From assembly GCA_035556455.1 (NCBI GenBank), contig DATMEX010000026.1, positions 3,574 to 67,573 of the forward strand: a stretch of 64,000 nt of DNA, read 5' to 3'. This stretch comes from Pseudolabrys sp. GTDB taxonomy: Bacteria; Pseudomonadota; Alphaproteobacteria; Rhizobiales; Xanthobacteraceae. Shown here one piece after another: positions 1-8,903 of this stretch. The position numbers were made by a program, and so were the translations under genes. The notes below the pieces were generated by a model. It was not told where the DNA came from. It saw only the letters and a list, made by a program, of their open reading frames with translations, and searched no databases. Every line of letters begins with the position of its first letter. Positions within the stretch are counted from its first letter, which is position 1.

Positions 1-64
1 GCCCGGGGATCACCGAATAGAGAAACCCGGCGAACATGGTGGCGAAGAAGAGGGAGAGGGACAT
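1..64 (-). CDS. LysE/RhtB-family translocator, N-terminal fragment (runs off window start)
   Basis: Minus strand from ATG at 64 reads MSLSLFFATMFAGFLYSVIPG, a hydrophobic N-terminus leading into the LysE-type PG(P) motif; only 21 codons visible. Confidence 0.6.
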   Translation of the reverse strand, partial: MSLSLFFATMFAGFLYSVIPG

Positions 65-112
65 GGGGGCACACGGGCGTCGAAAGGCGTGACAGACGGT
101 AACAAACCGCTC

Positions 113-180
113 GTCCCCGCGAAAGCGGGGACCCAGAACTTTATTGATTAGAACTGGATCCCCGCTTTCGCGGGGATGAC
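113..180. repeat. REP-like palindromic doublet, family A (CCCGCGAAAGCGGG)
   Basis: GTCCCCGCGAAAGCGGGGACCCAG...CTGGATCCCCGCTTTCGCGGGGATGAC, two inverted hairpins; relatives at 34166 and 40334. Confidence 0.85.
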
Positions 181-212
181 CGGAGTTTATCGCGGCTGCT
201 GTTCTCTCCGAT

Positions 213-316
213 GCCATTCCGGGACGCTTGCGACGCAAGCGGGCCCGGAATCCATATCCCCGGTGCCGGGACTATGGATTCCGGGTTCGCGGATTTCATC
301 CGCGCCCCGGAATGAC
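213..316. repeat. REP/RIME-like element, family B (GTCATTCCGGG...CCCGGAATCC/GGATTCCGG...CGGAATGAC)
   Basis: GCCATTCCGGG...CCCGGAATCC...GGATTCCGGGTTCGCG...CCCGGAATGAC; relatives at 31193, 37258 and 42946. Confidence 0.85.
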
Positions 317-324
317 GGAAGTTG

Positions 325-2394
325 CTAGCGGCCTTCCCGCGCCCACGTCAGCGCCAGCGAGCCGACCAGCAGCAGCAGGCCAATCAGCCCGGTGAAGATC
401 GGCAACACGCCGATGCCACGCACCACAGAGACATCGCGCATCTTCATGCCGATCCAGTCGTCGCCCTTGTAGGTCGAGGCCGTGCGCACCGGCACGACAC
501 GCGGCACTTCAACGCCGCCGGTGTTTTCGGCGAGGCGGCGCACGCTGCCGCCGGTGCCGTCCGCCAGCGAAGCCAGCGTTTGGGTCGTCGAGGTCACTTC
601 CTGGAATTCGCGCGGGTTGGCAGGGCCGACATTGACCAGAGCCGTCAGCTTGCCGTCGGTGGCGCGCCACAGGCCGAGTTCGTTGGCCGGCACCTGCGAG
701 CGCCACAGGCCGGGCTCGGCCGACGACAGCTTCAGCGTCTGGCTCTTGCCCGACGGTGAGGTCAGCGTCACATCGGCGACCGCGTCGGCCATGGTTTGGC
801 GCTGCACGGTCATGTCGCGGCCGCGCACGATCAGGCGCAGCGCTTCTTCCTCGAGGTCGGGCTGCTTCATCAGCCAGTGCGACAGCCGGCGCAGCAGATC
901 GAGATGCGGCCCGCCGCCTTCATAGCCGCGCGCCCACAGCCAGATGTGATCGGACAGCATAAGCGCGACGCGGCCTTCGCCCTCGCGCGCCAGCACTAGC
1001 AGCGGCTTGCCGTCTGGGCCTTCCATCACTGGCGTGCCGGTGGTGCGCTTGGTGTTGACCAGCCGGAACCAGTTGCTCCAGTGCGGCGGATCGACGTCGG
1101 AGCCTTCGAGGGCGCGGGTCACCGGATGGCGTTTGCCGGCTTCCGAAATGCGCGCCTTGAAGCTCTGCTCGGTGACGTCGCCGGACGGTTCGGCCGGCAG
1201 GATGACATCGAGCGGCGTGCGCCAGATCGAACTCGTCGACGCATAATCGGGGCCGGCCGCGATCATCACTGCGCCGCCGTTGCGGACGTAGCGCGCGATA
1301 TTGTCGAAATAGATCATCGGCAGCACGCCCTGCCGGGCGTAGCGGTCGAAGATGATGAGCTGGAATTCGCCGATCTTCTGCTGAAACAGCTCGCGGGTCG
1401 GGAAGGCGATCAGCGACAATTCGTTGATCGGCGTGCCGTCCTGCTTCTCCGGCGGCCGCAGAATGGTGAAGTGGACGAGATCGACCGAAGCGTCGGACTT
1501 GAGCAGATTGCGCCAGGTGCGCTCGCCGGCATGCGGTTCGCCTGACACCAGCAGCACGCGCAGCTTGTCGCGCACGCCGTCGATCGAAATGACGGCGCGG
1601 TTGTTGACCAGCGTGAGTTCATTGGCCAGCGGCGCCGCCTCGACTTCGACGATGTTCGGTCCGCCATGCGGAATCTGCACTTGCATGCGGACTTCGGCGC
1701 CGCCATTGACGGTGCGCTGTTCGAGCAGTTCGCCGTCGCGCCGTACGGTCACTTGCACAGGTCCGGCAGGCGCGCCCTGATCCTCGATCTTGAAGCCGAT
1801 GGTCTGCATCTGGCCGACAATGCCGAAGCGCGGCGTCTGCGTGAGCACGACGCGGCGGTCGATCTCGTTGGCGCGCCCGGTGATCAGCGCATGCAGCGGT
1901 GCCGCAAAGCCCAGCGCTGCGGCATTCGCCGGAATGTCGTGAACGCGGCCGTCGGTGATCATCACCGCGCCGGCAATACGGTCCGGCGGCACGTCCGCGA
2001 GCGTCGAGGACAGTGCGTTGAACAGCCGCGTGCCGTCGGTCTCGCCGTCGGCGGCGCCGGCTTCGGCGACGCGCACTTCGAGCCCGGCAATGCTCTTCAG
2101 GCGGTTGAGCAAAGTCTCGCGCGCCTGTTCGGTCTGCGCCTCGCGGTCGCCGAATTCCTGGCTGGGGCTCTTGTCGATTATGACGGCGGCCACGGACGGG
2201 ATCGGGTCGCGGTCCTCGCGCGTCATCGACGGATTGGCGAGCGCCAGTACAAGCAGCGCCATCGCGATCGAACGCATCACCGCGCCGCGGCTGCGCGCGA
2301 CCAGCAGGAGTATCGACAACAGCACGGCAACGCCGAACGCCGTCCAGACGACGTATTGCGGAACCAGAGGTGCGAAGGCGATGCCGAGATTCAT
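325..2394 (-). CDS. Membrane protein with vWA-like (DKSPS, TDG) and class I glutamine amidotransferase-like domains; last gene of the MoxR operon
   Basis: ORF 325..2403, with ATG at 2394 (MNLGIAF) preferred; N-terminal TM helices, IIDKSPSQ MIDAS-like motif, VLLVSGEPHAGERTWRNLLKSD, C-terminal TM. Confidence 0.8.
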   Translation of the reverse strand: MNLGIAFAPLVPQYVVWTAFGVAVLLSILLLVARSRGAVMRSIAMALLVLALANPSMTREDRDPIPSVAAVIIDKSPSQEFGDREAQTEQARETLLNRLKSIAGLEVRVAEAGAADGETDGTRLFNALSSTLADVPPDRIAGAVMITDGRVHDIPANAAALGFAAPLHALITGRANEIDRRVVLTQTPRFGIVGQMQTIGFKIEDQGAPAGPVQVTVRRDGELLEQRTVNGGAEVRMQVQIPHGGPNIVEVEAAPLANELTLVNNRAVISIDGVRDKLRVLLVSGEPHAGERTWRNLLKSDASVDLVHFTILRPPEKQDGTPINELSLIAFPTRELFQQKIGEFQLIIFDRYARQGVLPMIYFDNIARYVRNGGAVMIAAGPDYASTSSIWRTPLDVILPAEPSGDVTEQSFKARISEAGKRHPVTRALEGSDVDPPHWSNWFRLVNTKRTTGTPVMEGPDGKPLLVLAREGEGRVALMLSDHIWLWARGYEGGGPHLDLLRRLSHWLMKQPDLEEEALRLIVRGRDMTVQRQTMADAVADVTLTSPSGKSQTLKLSSAEPGLWRSQVPANELGLWRATDGKLTALVNVGPANPREFQEVTSTTQTLASLADGTGGSVRRLAENTGGVEVPRVVPVRTASTYKGDDWIGMKMRDVSVVRGIGVLPIFTGLIGLLLLVGSLALTWAREGR

Positions 2395-2396
2395 GG

Positions 2397-2795
2397 TCAA
2401 CACACCAAGGTGCGGACGTGGCCCGCGCGCGAGTATTCAAGTATTTGGCGGTCGCGCGTGACCACTGTCATGTCAGATTGCCGTGCCGTCGCGATGATGA
2501 TGCGATCGGCGGGATCGTCGGGCGGCGAGCCGGGCAGGTTGCACGAGCCTGTCAGCACCTCAACACTCAAAGGCGGCAGCTCGGCGGCCATCTTGCCCAC
2601 GGCTTGATTGAACCAGTTTGCCACCGGCAAGGTTGCGGCCATCTTGCCTTTGCGGACGAGGTTCGCGATTTCCCAGGCGCTGATTGGCGAAACGTTCAGC
2701 TTTCGGTCGATAATGGCGGACCGCGACGCCGGCGTCATATCGGCGCCTTGGGCGATCCAGAGAACGGCGCAAGTGTCGAGGAGGAGGTCACTCAT
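2397..2795 (-). CDS. vapC: PIN-domain (VapC-like) toxin of a type II TA system
   Basis: 132 aa with the PIN acidic quartet: LLDT (D7), SAWEI, DPADRIIIATA, TRD; ATGA overlap with the upstream ORF. Confidence 0.92.
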   Translation of the reverse strand: MSDLLLDTCAVLWIAQGADMTPASRSAIIDRKLNVSPISAWEIANLVRKGKMAATLPVANWFNQAVGKMAAELPPLSVEVLTGSCNLPGSPPDDPADRIIIATARQSDMTVVTRDRQILEYSRAGHVRTLVC

Positions 2796-3163
2796 GAGAG
2801 CAATCTCCCTTCCTCAGCGTTCCAGCGCTCATCTGTCGGCATCGTCAGGTCAACACCCGGCATGACTGTGATCGTGCCCGCCATGCAGCCCCAAGGATCG
2901 CTGTCAGGCTTTGGGGCGGCCTGAGCACGGCTGAAGGTTACCTTGCGGCTCGCAAGATCAACGCTTTCCGTGCGCCAGCCGAATTTGAGCCACGCGCGGG
3001 CGTGAGAATGTCCGGTCGCGTTATTGCTCCACCATGCTTCATGCTCATAGGCGCTCTTCGGTAGCTTGAAGCCCAGAATGCGCTCGATTTCGCCGAACCT
3101 CAGGCGATGCGCGGCACCGCCAACCGAACTGAGGAACTGCGGCAAAGGCTCATATTTGCTCAT
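2792..3163 (-). CDS. Putative antitoxin: DUF7662-like N-terminal domain plus VapB-like C-terminal tail
   Basis: 123 aa, MSKYEPL...LRFGEIERILGFKLPKSA...AWWSN...AWLKFGW followed by PWGCMAGTITVMPGVDLTMPTDERWNAE; AGGAG SD 6 nt upstream; coupled to vapC. Confidence 0.75.
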   Translation of the reverse strand: MSKYEPLPQFLSSVGGAAHRLRFGEIERILGFKLPKSAYEHEAWWSNNATGHSHARAWLKFGWRTESVDLASRKVTFSRAQAAPKPDSDPWGCMAGTITVMPGVDLTMPTDERWNAEEGRLLS

Positions 3164-3193
3164 GGCAAACTCCTATCGCTTGAGGCGATAGTA

Positions 3194-3228
3194 AGTTTAA
3201 ATAGTAAGTTACTATTGTCAATAGTAAC
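3194..3228 (-). promoter_or_regulatory. sigma70-type promoter (TTGACA-N16-TAAACT) overlapped by a perfect 10-bp inverted repeat (putative operator)
   Basis: Minus strand -35 TTGACA at 3221-3216 and -10 TAAACT at 3199-3194; GTTACTATTG-T-CAATAGTAAC at 3208-3228. Confidence 0.75.
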
Positions 3229-3230
3229 AT

Positions 3231-6092
3231 TCACTGCCCCAACCGTTCGAGCAGTGCGGGGATGTGCACCTGATCGGCCTTGTAGTTGCCGGTCAGCGCG
3301 TACATCACGATATTGACGCCGGCGCGGAAAGCGAATTCGCGCTGGCGCGGCTCGCCCGGCACCAGCGGCAGCATCGCCTGTCCGTCGGGCCGCAGCGCCC
3401 AGGCGCCGGCCAGATCGTTCGACGTGATCATGATCGAGGACACACCGTCACCGGCGCGTGCCGGACGGGTCGGATCTTCCTCGACCTCCGCGGGCAACGC
3501 CTCGACCCAGAGGCGGCCGGTGGTGAAGCGGCCGGGGAAGTCCTTCATCAAGAAGAACGTCTTGTTGAGGACATGATCGGGACGGATCGGCTCGAGCTCG
3601 GGCACGTCGAGCGACGACAGGATGTCGCGCAGCGCCACCATGCCCGGGGAGCGCGTTTCGCCGTCGGCGCCGGGCGGCGCGTCGATCGCATCGCGCGTGT
3701 CGAATAGCACGGTGCCGCCTTGCTTCATATAGGTGTCGATGCGGTCGAGCGTCTCGCGCGACGGCTTGGCGGCGCGCTCGGAGATCGGCCAGTAGATCAC
3801 CGGAAAGAACGACAACTCGTCGCGCGACGGATCGAGACCGACCGGTTCGCCGGGCTCGAGCGCGGTACGCTGCGCAAGAAACAGCGACAGGCCGGAGAGG
3901 CCGGCGCGGCTGACTTCATCGACTTCGGAGTCGCCGGTGATGATGTAGGCCAGATGCGTCTGCTGCGTCGCTTTGATGGCGTAGTCGAGTTGCTGCGGCG
4001 ACAGCGGCGTGCGTTGCGGCAGACTGCCCGGAGGCATCAGTGTCGACTGCGCACGGGCCTGATGCGGCATCGCCAGCGCGGCGGCGAGCGCGAACATCGC
4101 GATGGCCGCGGTGGCGGCGCTGCGGCGACGGGCGAAGGCGGCGGCGAGGCCGCCGGCCAGCACGAAGACCACCAGCGCGTCGAGCGCGATCAGGCCGAAC
4201 GCGGCCATGAACACCGGGCCGCGCAGATCGACCGGTTCGCCGAAGCGATAAACGTCCTGCCGCGCGTTGAGCGCGGTGAAGTTGAGCGGAGCGGGGCGAT
4301 CTTCGGGCAACAGCGTATTGACGGCGACCAGGCCCTCCGGCGGGCCGTAGAAACCCGGCGGATGGTCGTTGGTGGCGCGGCCGGCAAAGCCGGCGGGCAC
4401 GGGGCGCACGGTTGCCGGCGGCGTCGTGAACGCACCGAAGCCATCGAGCACGCGCGTCGCCGGCACCGCCTGGACATTGCCGCGGGTCGCGGCGTCGCCG
4501 TCGGCGGCCGGCGTCGCGCCGGCGAGCGACACGGTCTGGCGCAACATATCGACAAAGGCGCCGGACAGCGGCAGGTCGGACCAGCGCGTATCGGCGGTGA
4601 CATGGAACAGGACGACGAGACCCTTGCCGCGCTTCTGCGCGGTGACGAGCGGCGTACCGTCGGCGAGCGTCGCCCAGGTGCGATCGGCGAGCGTCGCATC
4701 GGGCTCGGCCAGCACTTGGCGGGTGACGGTGACGTCGTTCGGTACCGCCATCGAAGCGAAGGGGCCCTCGCGCGAGAAGGCGGCGAGTTGCTGCGGCTTC
4801 TCCCAGCTTAGCGCACCGCCGAGAATGCGGCCGCCGCGGCGCAGCCGCACCGGCACGAGATCGTCGCTGCCGGCGGCGAGATGCGGCCCGGCAAAGCGCA
4901 CCAGCACGCCGCCATTCTCGATCCAGGTATCGAGCCGGCCGCGCGCCTCGGCGACATTGCCGACATCGGCCAGCACCAGCATCGGCAGGCGCTGATCGAG
5001 GAAACGGCCGATCGCTTCGGCCGGCGCCACGCTTTCGGCGAGCCGCACGTCGGCGAAAGGATTGAGCGCGCGCGACAGATAGTAGCTCGCGCCGAGCAGC
5101 GGCTGCGAACGATCGGCGGCCGAGCCCGAGACGATGCCGATGGTGCGGCGACGCCAGCGATTGTCGAGCAGCTGCACCGCGCCGGCAGAACGCTCGCCGG
5201 CGATTTCGAGCCGCGCGACATCGTTACGAATCTCGACCGGCAGCGTGATGCGGGCTTCGGCCTCGCGGTCGCCGCTACCGAAGGCAAAAGGCGCATCGCC
5301 AAGCGGCAGGCCCTTGAGGTCGATGGCGTGAACGAGGCCGTTTTCGGACACGCCGGTCTGCGCGCGCAGCACCTTCACCGTGAGCGCGCCGGCGGCATTG
5401 TCGGCGGCGGCCAGCGCATGCGGAATGGTCGTGCCGCCCGACACCACGGTCATCGGCCGCGAACCAGCGATCTGCTTGAGGCCGTCGACGAAGCCCGCGC
5501 CTTTACCCATATCGACGCCATCCGACAGCCAGACGATCTCGGCCTCCGGCGTCGTCTTGAGGAACCGATCGATCACCGGCAGCGCCTCGACGCGGTCGAC
5601 CGAATGCGGTTTCGGCTTGAGCTGCTTGACCTGCACGCGCAAGGCGCCGGCGACCTGCAGCGAGATATCGCGCGCGGTTTCCGACAGCGGCAACAGCGCG
5701 ACGCCGCGATTGTCGGCTTCGGCGCGCGCCATCAATTCGTCGGCGGTGCGCAGCCGCACATCCCAGGCCGCGGCCGCGGCCCAGCCGTCATCGACGAGAA
5801 TGAGCAGCGGCGCGTTCTTTGCCCCGGTCGCGACCGGCGGATTCCATAACGGGCCGGCGGCGGCGAGAATGACCAGCGCCGCGAGCATGAGGCGCAAGAG
5901 GATCAGCCACCACGGCGTGCGCGACGGCGTCTCTTCCTTCGGCGCGATCTCGAACAGGAGCCGCGTCGGCGGGAACGACACGACGCGCGGCCGCGGCGGC
6001 ACGAGGCGCAGCAGCCACCACAGCACCGGCAGCGACAACAGGCCGAGCAGGATCAGCGGCTGGGCGAAGGCGAGCGGGAGCGAACCGATCAT
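3231..6092 (-). CDS. BatA N-terminal / vWA-like / DUF4159 domain membrane protein
   Basis: True start MIGSLPLAF at 6092 (ATGA overlap with DUF58 stop); PLILLGLLSLPVLWWLLRLVPPRP is BatA-like; C-terminal LFFPVIYWP...RAGVNIVMYALTGNYKADQVH is DUF4159-like. Confidence 0.85.
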   Translation of the reverse strand: MIGSLPLAFAQPLILLGLLSLPVLWWLLRLVPPRPRVVSFPPTRLLFEIAPKEETPSRTPWWLILLRLMLAALVILAAAGPLWNPPVATGAKNAPLLILVDDGWAAAAAWDVRLRTADELMARAEADNRGVALLPLSETARDISLQVAGALRVQVKQLKPKPHSVDRVEALPVIDRFLKTTPEAEIVWLSDGVDMGKGAGFVDGLKQIAGSRPMTVVSGGTTIPHALAAADNAAGALTVKVLRAQTGVSENGLVHAIDLKGLPLGDAPFAFGSGDREAEARITLPVEIRNDVARLEIAGERSAGAVQLLDNRWRRRTIGIVSGSAADRSQPLLGASYYLSRALNPFADVRLAESVAPAEAIGRFLDQRLPMLVLADVGNVAEARGRLDTWIENGGVLVRFAGPHLAAGSDDLVPVRLRRGGRILGGALSWEKPQQLAAFSREGPFASMAVPNDVTVTRQVLAEPDATLADRTWATLADGTPLVTAQKRGKGLVVLFHVTADTRWSDLPLSGAFVDMLRQTVSLAGATPAADGDAATRGNVQAVPATRVLDGFGAFTTPPATVRPVPAGFAGRATNDHPPGFYGPPEGLVAVNTLLPEDRPAPLNFTALNARQDVYRFGEPVDLRGPVFMAAFGLIALDALVVFVLAGGLAAAFARRRSAATAAIAMFALAAALAMPHQARAQSTLMPPGSLPQRTPLSPQQLDYAIKATQQTHLAYIITGDSEVDEVSRAGLSGLSLFLAQRTALEPGEPVGLDPSRDELSFFPVIYWPISERAAKPSRETLDRIDTYMKQGGTVLFDTRDAIDAPPGADGETRSPGMVALRDILSSLDVPELEPIRPDHVLNKTFFLMKDFPGRFTTGRLWVEALPAEVEEDPTRPARAGDGVSSIMITSNDLAGAWALRPDGQAMLPLVPGEPRQREFAFRAGVNIVMYALTGNYKADQVHIPALLERLGQ

Positions 6093-7045
6093 GCCACGCT
6101 CCCGGTGTGCCGGCTGTTGACCGCGGTCTGGATCGAGTGCGCGCCCATGCGGCCATGCAGTGCGAACAGCAATTCGGTCGGGCCGCGGTCGGTGCGATGC
6201 ACGGTGAAGGTCCAGCCGAACGCCTCTGTCTCGGCGCGCAGCGCGGCGCGATGATTGGCGAGCAGCGCCTGATAATCGTTGCGCCAGGTCTCGGCCCGGC
6301 CGGCGGTGACGCTGCCGAGGCCTTCGGACTCGACGAACTCGACGCGGCCGGAATAGGGGAAAGTCTCTTCCGCCGGATCGCACACCTGCACGACATGCCC
6401 GCGCGCGCCATTGGCGGCGAGCTGGCCGATCATCTTGCGATATTCGGCGATCGGGCTCCACAGGTCGGAGAATATCACGACTTCGGAATAGGGCGCCGGC
6501 GCGAAGTTCGGCGGCAGGCTCGGCCGCTCGGTGGTGTCATGGATGATGCGTTGCGCCATGGTCTCGATGACATTGCGGCTGGCGGTCGGCCGCATCAGCA
6601 GCGGGATGCCGACACGTTCGCCGCCCTGCACCAGCACTTCCGAGAGCGCAAAGGATACGACCAGCGCGCGGTCGAGCTTCGACCACTCGGTCAGATGCGA
6701 CGAGAATTCCATCGACGGCGAGCGGTCGGCCCACATCCAGATCGTATGCGAGGCCTCCCATTCGCGCTCGCGCACATAGAGATGGTCGTCGCGCGCCGAG
6801 CGCCGCCAGTCGATGCGGCTGGCCGGTTCGCCGGACGTGAAGTGCCGATATTGCCAGAAGTTCTCGCCGGTGCCGGCGCGGCGGCGGCCGTGCAGGCCAT
6901 GGATCAGCGTCGCCGCGACCCGCCGCGCCTCGAGGATGAGGCGTGGAATGCGGGCGGCCAGTTTGCTGCTCTTGCCGGCCGCGGCATTGACCGGCGTCGC
7001 GCTGGTTCCTGTAACGGTCGGCTCGGCCAAAACGTTGTCCGCCAT
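6089..7045 (-). CDS. DUF58 domain protein (MoxR partner)
   Basis: Start MADNV at 7045; HGRRRAGTGENFWQYRHF, RIDWRRSAR, VREREWE and DRSPSM motifs. Confidence 0.9.
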   Translation of the reverse strand: MADNVLAEPTVTGTSATPVNAAAGKSSKLAARIPRLILEARRVAATLIHGLHGRRRAGTGENFWQYRHFTSGEPASRIDWRRSARDDHLYVREREWEASHTIWMWADRSPSMEFSSHLTEWSKLDRALVVSFALSEVLVQGGERVGIPLLMRPTASRNVIETMAQRIIHDTTERPSLPPNFAPAPYSEVVIFSDLWSPIAEYRKMIGQLAANGARGHVVQVCDPAEETFPYSGRVEFVESEGLGSVTAGRAETWRNDYQALLANHRAALRAETEAFGWTFTVHRTDRGPTELLFALHGRMGAHSIQTAVNSRHTGSVA

Positions 7046-7047
7046 GT

Positions 7048-8058
7048 TTATCCGATGCGCGACTTCAGCCGCTTGATGACATTGCCGACGGTTTCGCCTT
7101 CGGCGCGGGCGGCGAAGGTCAAAGCCATGCGGTGCTTGAGCACGGGCTCGGCCAGTTCGAGCACGTCGTCGATCGACGGCGCGAAGCGGTTGTCGAGCAG
7201 CGCGCGGGCGCGCACCGCCAGCATCAGCGCCTGCGAGGCGCGCGGGCCCGGCCCCCACGAGATGAGGCGGCCGAGATCGCCGGCTTCCTCGCCGGGACGC
7301 GCCGAGCGCACGAGCTGCAGAATGGCTTCGACGACGGACTCGCCGACCGGCAGACGCCGCACCAGCCGCTGCGCTGACAGCAGATCTTCAGACGTCATCG
7401 CCGCCTTGGCCTGGCTGTCTTCGGCGCCGGTCGTGTCGAACAGGATTTTGCGCTCGGCGACGATGTCGGGGTAATCGACGTCGATCTCCATGATGAAGCG
7501 GTCGAGCTGCGCTTCGGGCAGGGGATAGGTGCCTTCCTGCTCCAGCGGGTTCTGGGTTGCCAGCACGTGGAACGGCTTGGGCAGATCGTGCCGCGCGCCG
7601 GCGACGGTCACATGCTGCTCCTGCATCGCCTGCAACAGGGCGGACTGGGTGCGCGGCGAAGCGCGGTTGATTTCGTCGGCCATCAGAAGCTGGGCGAAGA
7701 CCGGGCCGGGGATGAAGCGGAAGCTGCGCTTGCCGGCGGAGTTCTCCTCCAGCACTTCGGAGCCGAGAATGTCGGAGGGCATCAGGTCGGGCGTAAATTG
7801 CACGCGCCGGGCGTCCAGCCCGAGCGCGATGCCCATGGTCTCCACGAGCTTGGTTTTGGCCAGACCCGGTACGCCGACCAGCAGCGCATGGCCGCCGGAC
7901 AGCACCGTGATGATGGCGCGTTCCACCACCTGCTCCTGGCCGAAAATGACGGTGCCGATGGCGTCCTTGGCGGCGCGCACATGGGCGGCCGTCGTTTCGG
8001 CCGCGCGCACGATCATATCTTCCAGCTTTTCAATGCTTTCACCGCCTGCCGACGCCAT
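7048..8058 (-). CDS. moxR: MoxR-family AAA+ ATPase
   Basis: Walker A GVPGLAKT, RVQFTPDLMPSDI, Walker B LMADEINRASPRTQSALL, ATQNPLEQEGTYPLPEAQLDRF. Confidence 0.95.
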   Translation of the reverse strand: MASAGGESIEKLEDMIVRAAETTAAHVRAAKDAIGTVIFGQEQVVERAIITVLSGGHALLVGVPGLAKTKLVETMGIALGLDARRVQFTPDLMPSDILGSEVLEENSAGKRSFRFIPGPVFAQLLMADEINRASPRTQSALLQAMQEQHVTVAGARHDLPKPFHVLATQNPLEQEGTYPLPEAQLDRFIMEIDVDYPDIVAERKILFDTTGAEDSQAKAAMTSEDLLSAQRLVRRLPVGESVVEAILQLVRSARPGEEAGDLGRLISWGPGPRASQALMLAVRARALLDNRFAPSIDDVLELAEPVLKHRMALTFAARAEGETVGNVIKRLKSRIG

Positions 8059-8276
8059 GTCTGTCCCTTTCAGCTTCCGCGGTCCGCGCCGGGCGCTCCG
8101 GCTTGTCGGGAAGCTCTTGCCCAGAGGCTAAGCAACAAATGCACCAAGCACATATGGGCACTTGTCGAATCTGCCCTCATTATTTTGCGTAGCTTACGCT
8201 ATCTTCTTGTGGCGTCGGGGATTGTCACAAAGTTGCGAACAGCCGGCGCACGCCATAGGAGAGTACGAAGGTAACA

Positions 8277-8903
8277 ATGGCGAAGACAGGGCAGGACAAG
8301 CGGCAGGATGTGGCCCCGGATGGCAAAAAGGGCGGTCTGGACGGTATCGCAGCCATGCTGCCCAAAGAGGGCGGTAAGGGACTGCCCCCCGTGCACCTGT
8401 GGAATCCGCCGTTTTGCGGCGATCTCGACATGCGAATCGCCTCCGATGGCACCTGGTTTTACGAAAAGTCGCCGATCGGCCGTATCGGTCTGGTCAAGCT
8501 GTTTTCCTCGGTGCTCAAGCGCGAGGACGACAAATATTTCCTCGTCACGCCGGTCGAGAAGGTCGGCATTATCGTCGATGACGCGCCCTTCACCGCCGTG
8601 GAACTCAAGGTCGAGAACGCGGCCGAAGGCCGCACATTGAATTTTCGGACAAATGTCGATGAATGGGTGGCGGCCGGTCCGGGCCATGCGTTGCGTTTCG
8701 AGGAGGATGCCGACAATGGCGGGCTCGCGCCTTATCTTCATGTCCGCCGCGACCTGTGGGCCAAAGTGACGCGTGCGTTGTTCTACGATCTCGTCGATTT
8801 GGGCGAAGAACGCGACGTCGGCGGCAAGGCTATGTTCGGCGTCGCCTCGCGCGGCGAATTCTATGCGATGGCCGAGGCCAGCGCCTTGCGGGAGTTGTCC
8901 TGA
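8277..8903 (+). CDS. DUF1285 domain protein
   Basis: PPVHLWNPPFCGDLDMRIASDGTWFY...LVTPVEKVGIIVDDAPF; usual position divergent from moxR. Confidence 0.88.
   Translation: MAKTGQDKRQDVAPDGKKGGLDGIAAMLPKEGGKGLPPVHLWNPPFCGDLDMRIASDGTWFYEKSPIGRIGLVKLFSSVLKREDDKYFLVTPVEKVGIIVDDAPFTAVELKVENAAEGRTLNFRTNVDEWVAAGPGHALRFEEDADNGGLAPYLHVRRDLWAKVTRALFYDLVDLGEERDVGGKAMFGVASRGEFYAMAEASALRELS

Noticed and set aside
113-316. Clustered palindromic repeats as a CRISPR array
   Set aside because: The two elements belong to different families and are inverted doublets. There are no regularly spaced direct repeats with unique spacers and no cas genes.
2395-3230. TA module as part of an IS or prophage remnant
   Set aside because: No terminal inverted repeats, target duplication, transposase or integrase fragment is visible at either junction.
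6093-6461. N-terminal extension of the 1076-aa ORF
   Set aside because: It overlaps DUF58 in another frame; the ATGA-coupled start at 6092 gives a proper BatA-type N-terminus.
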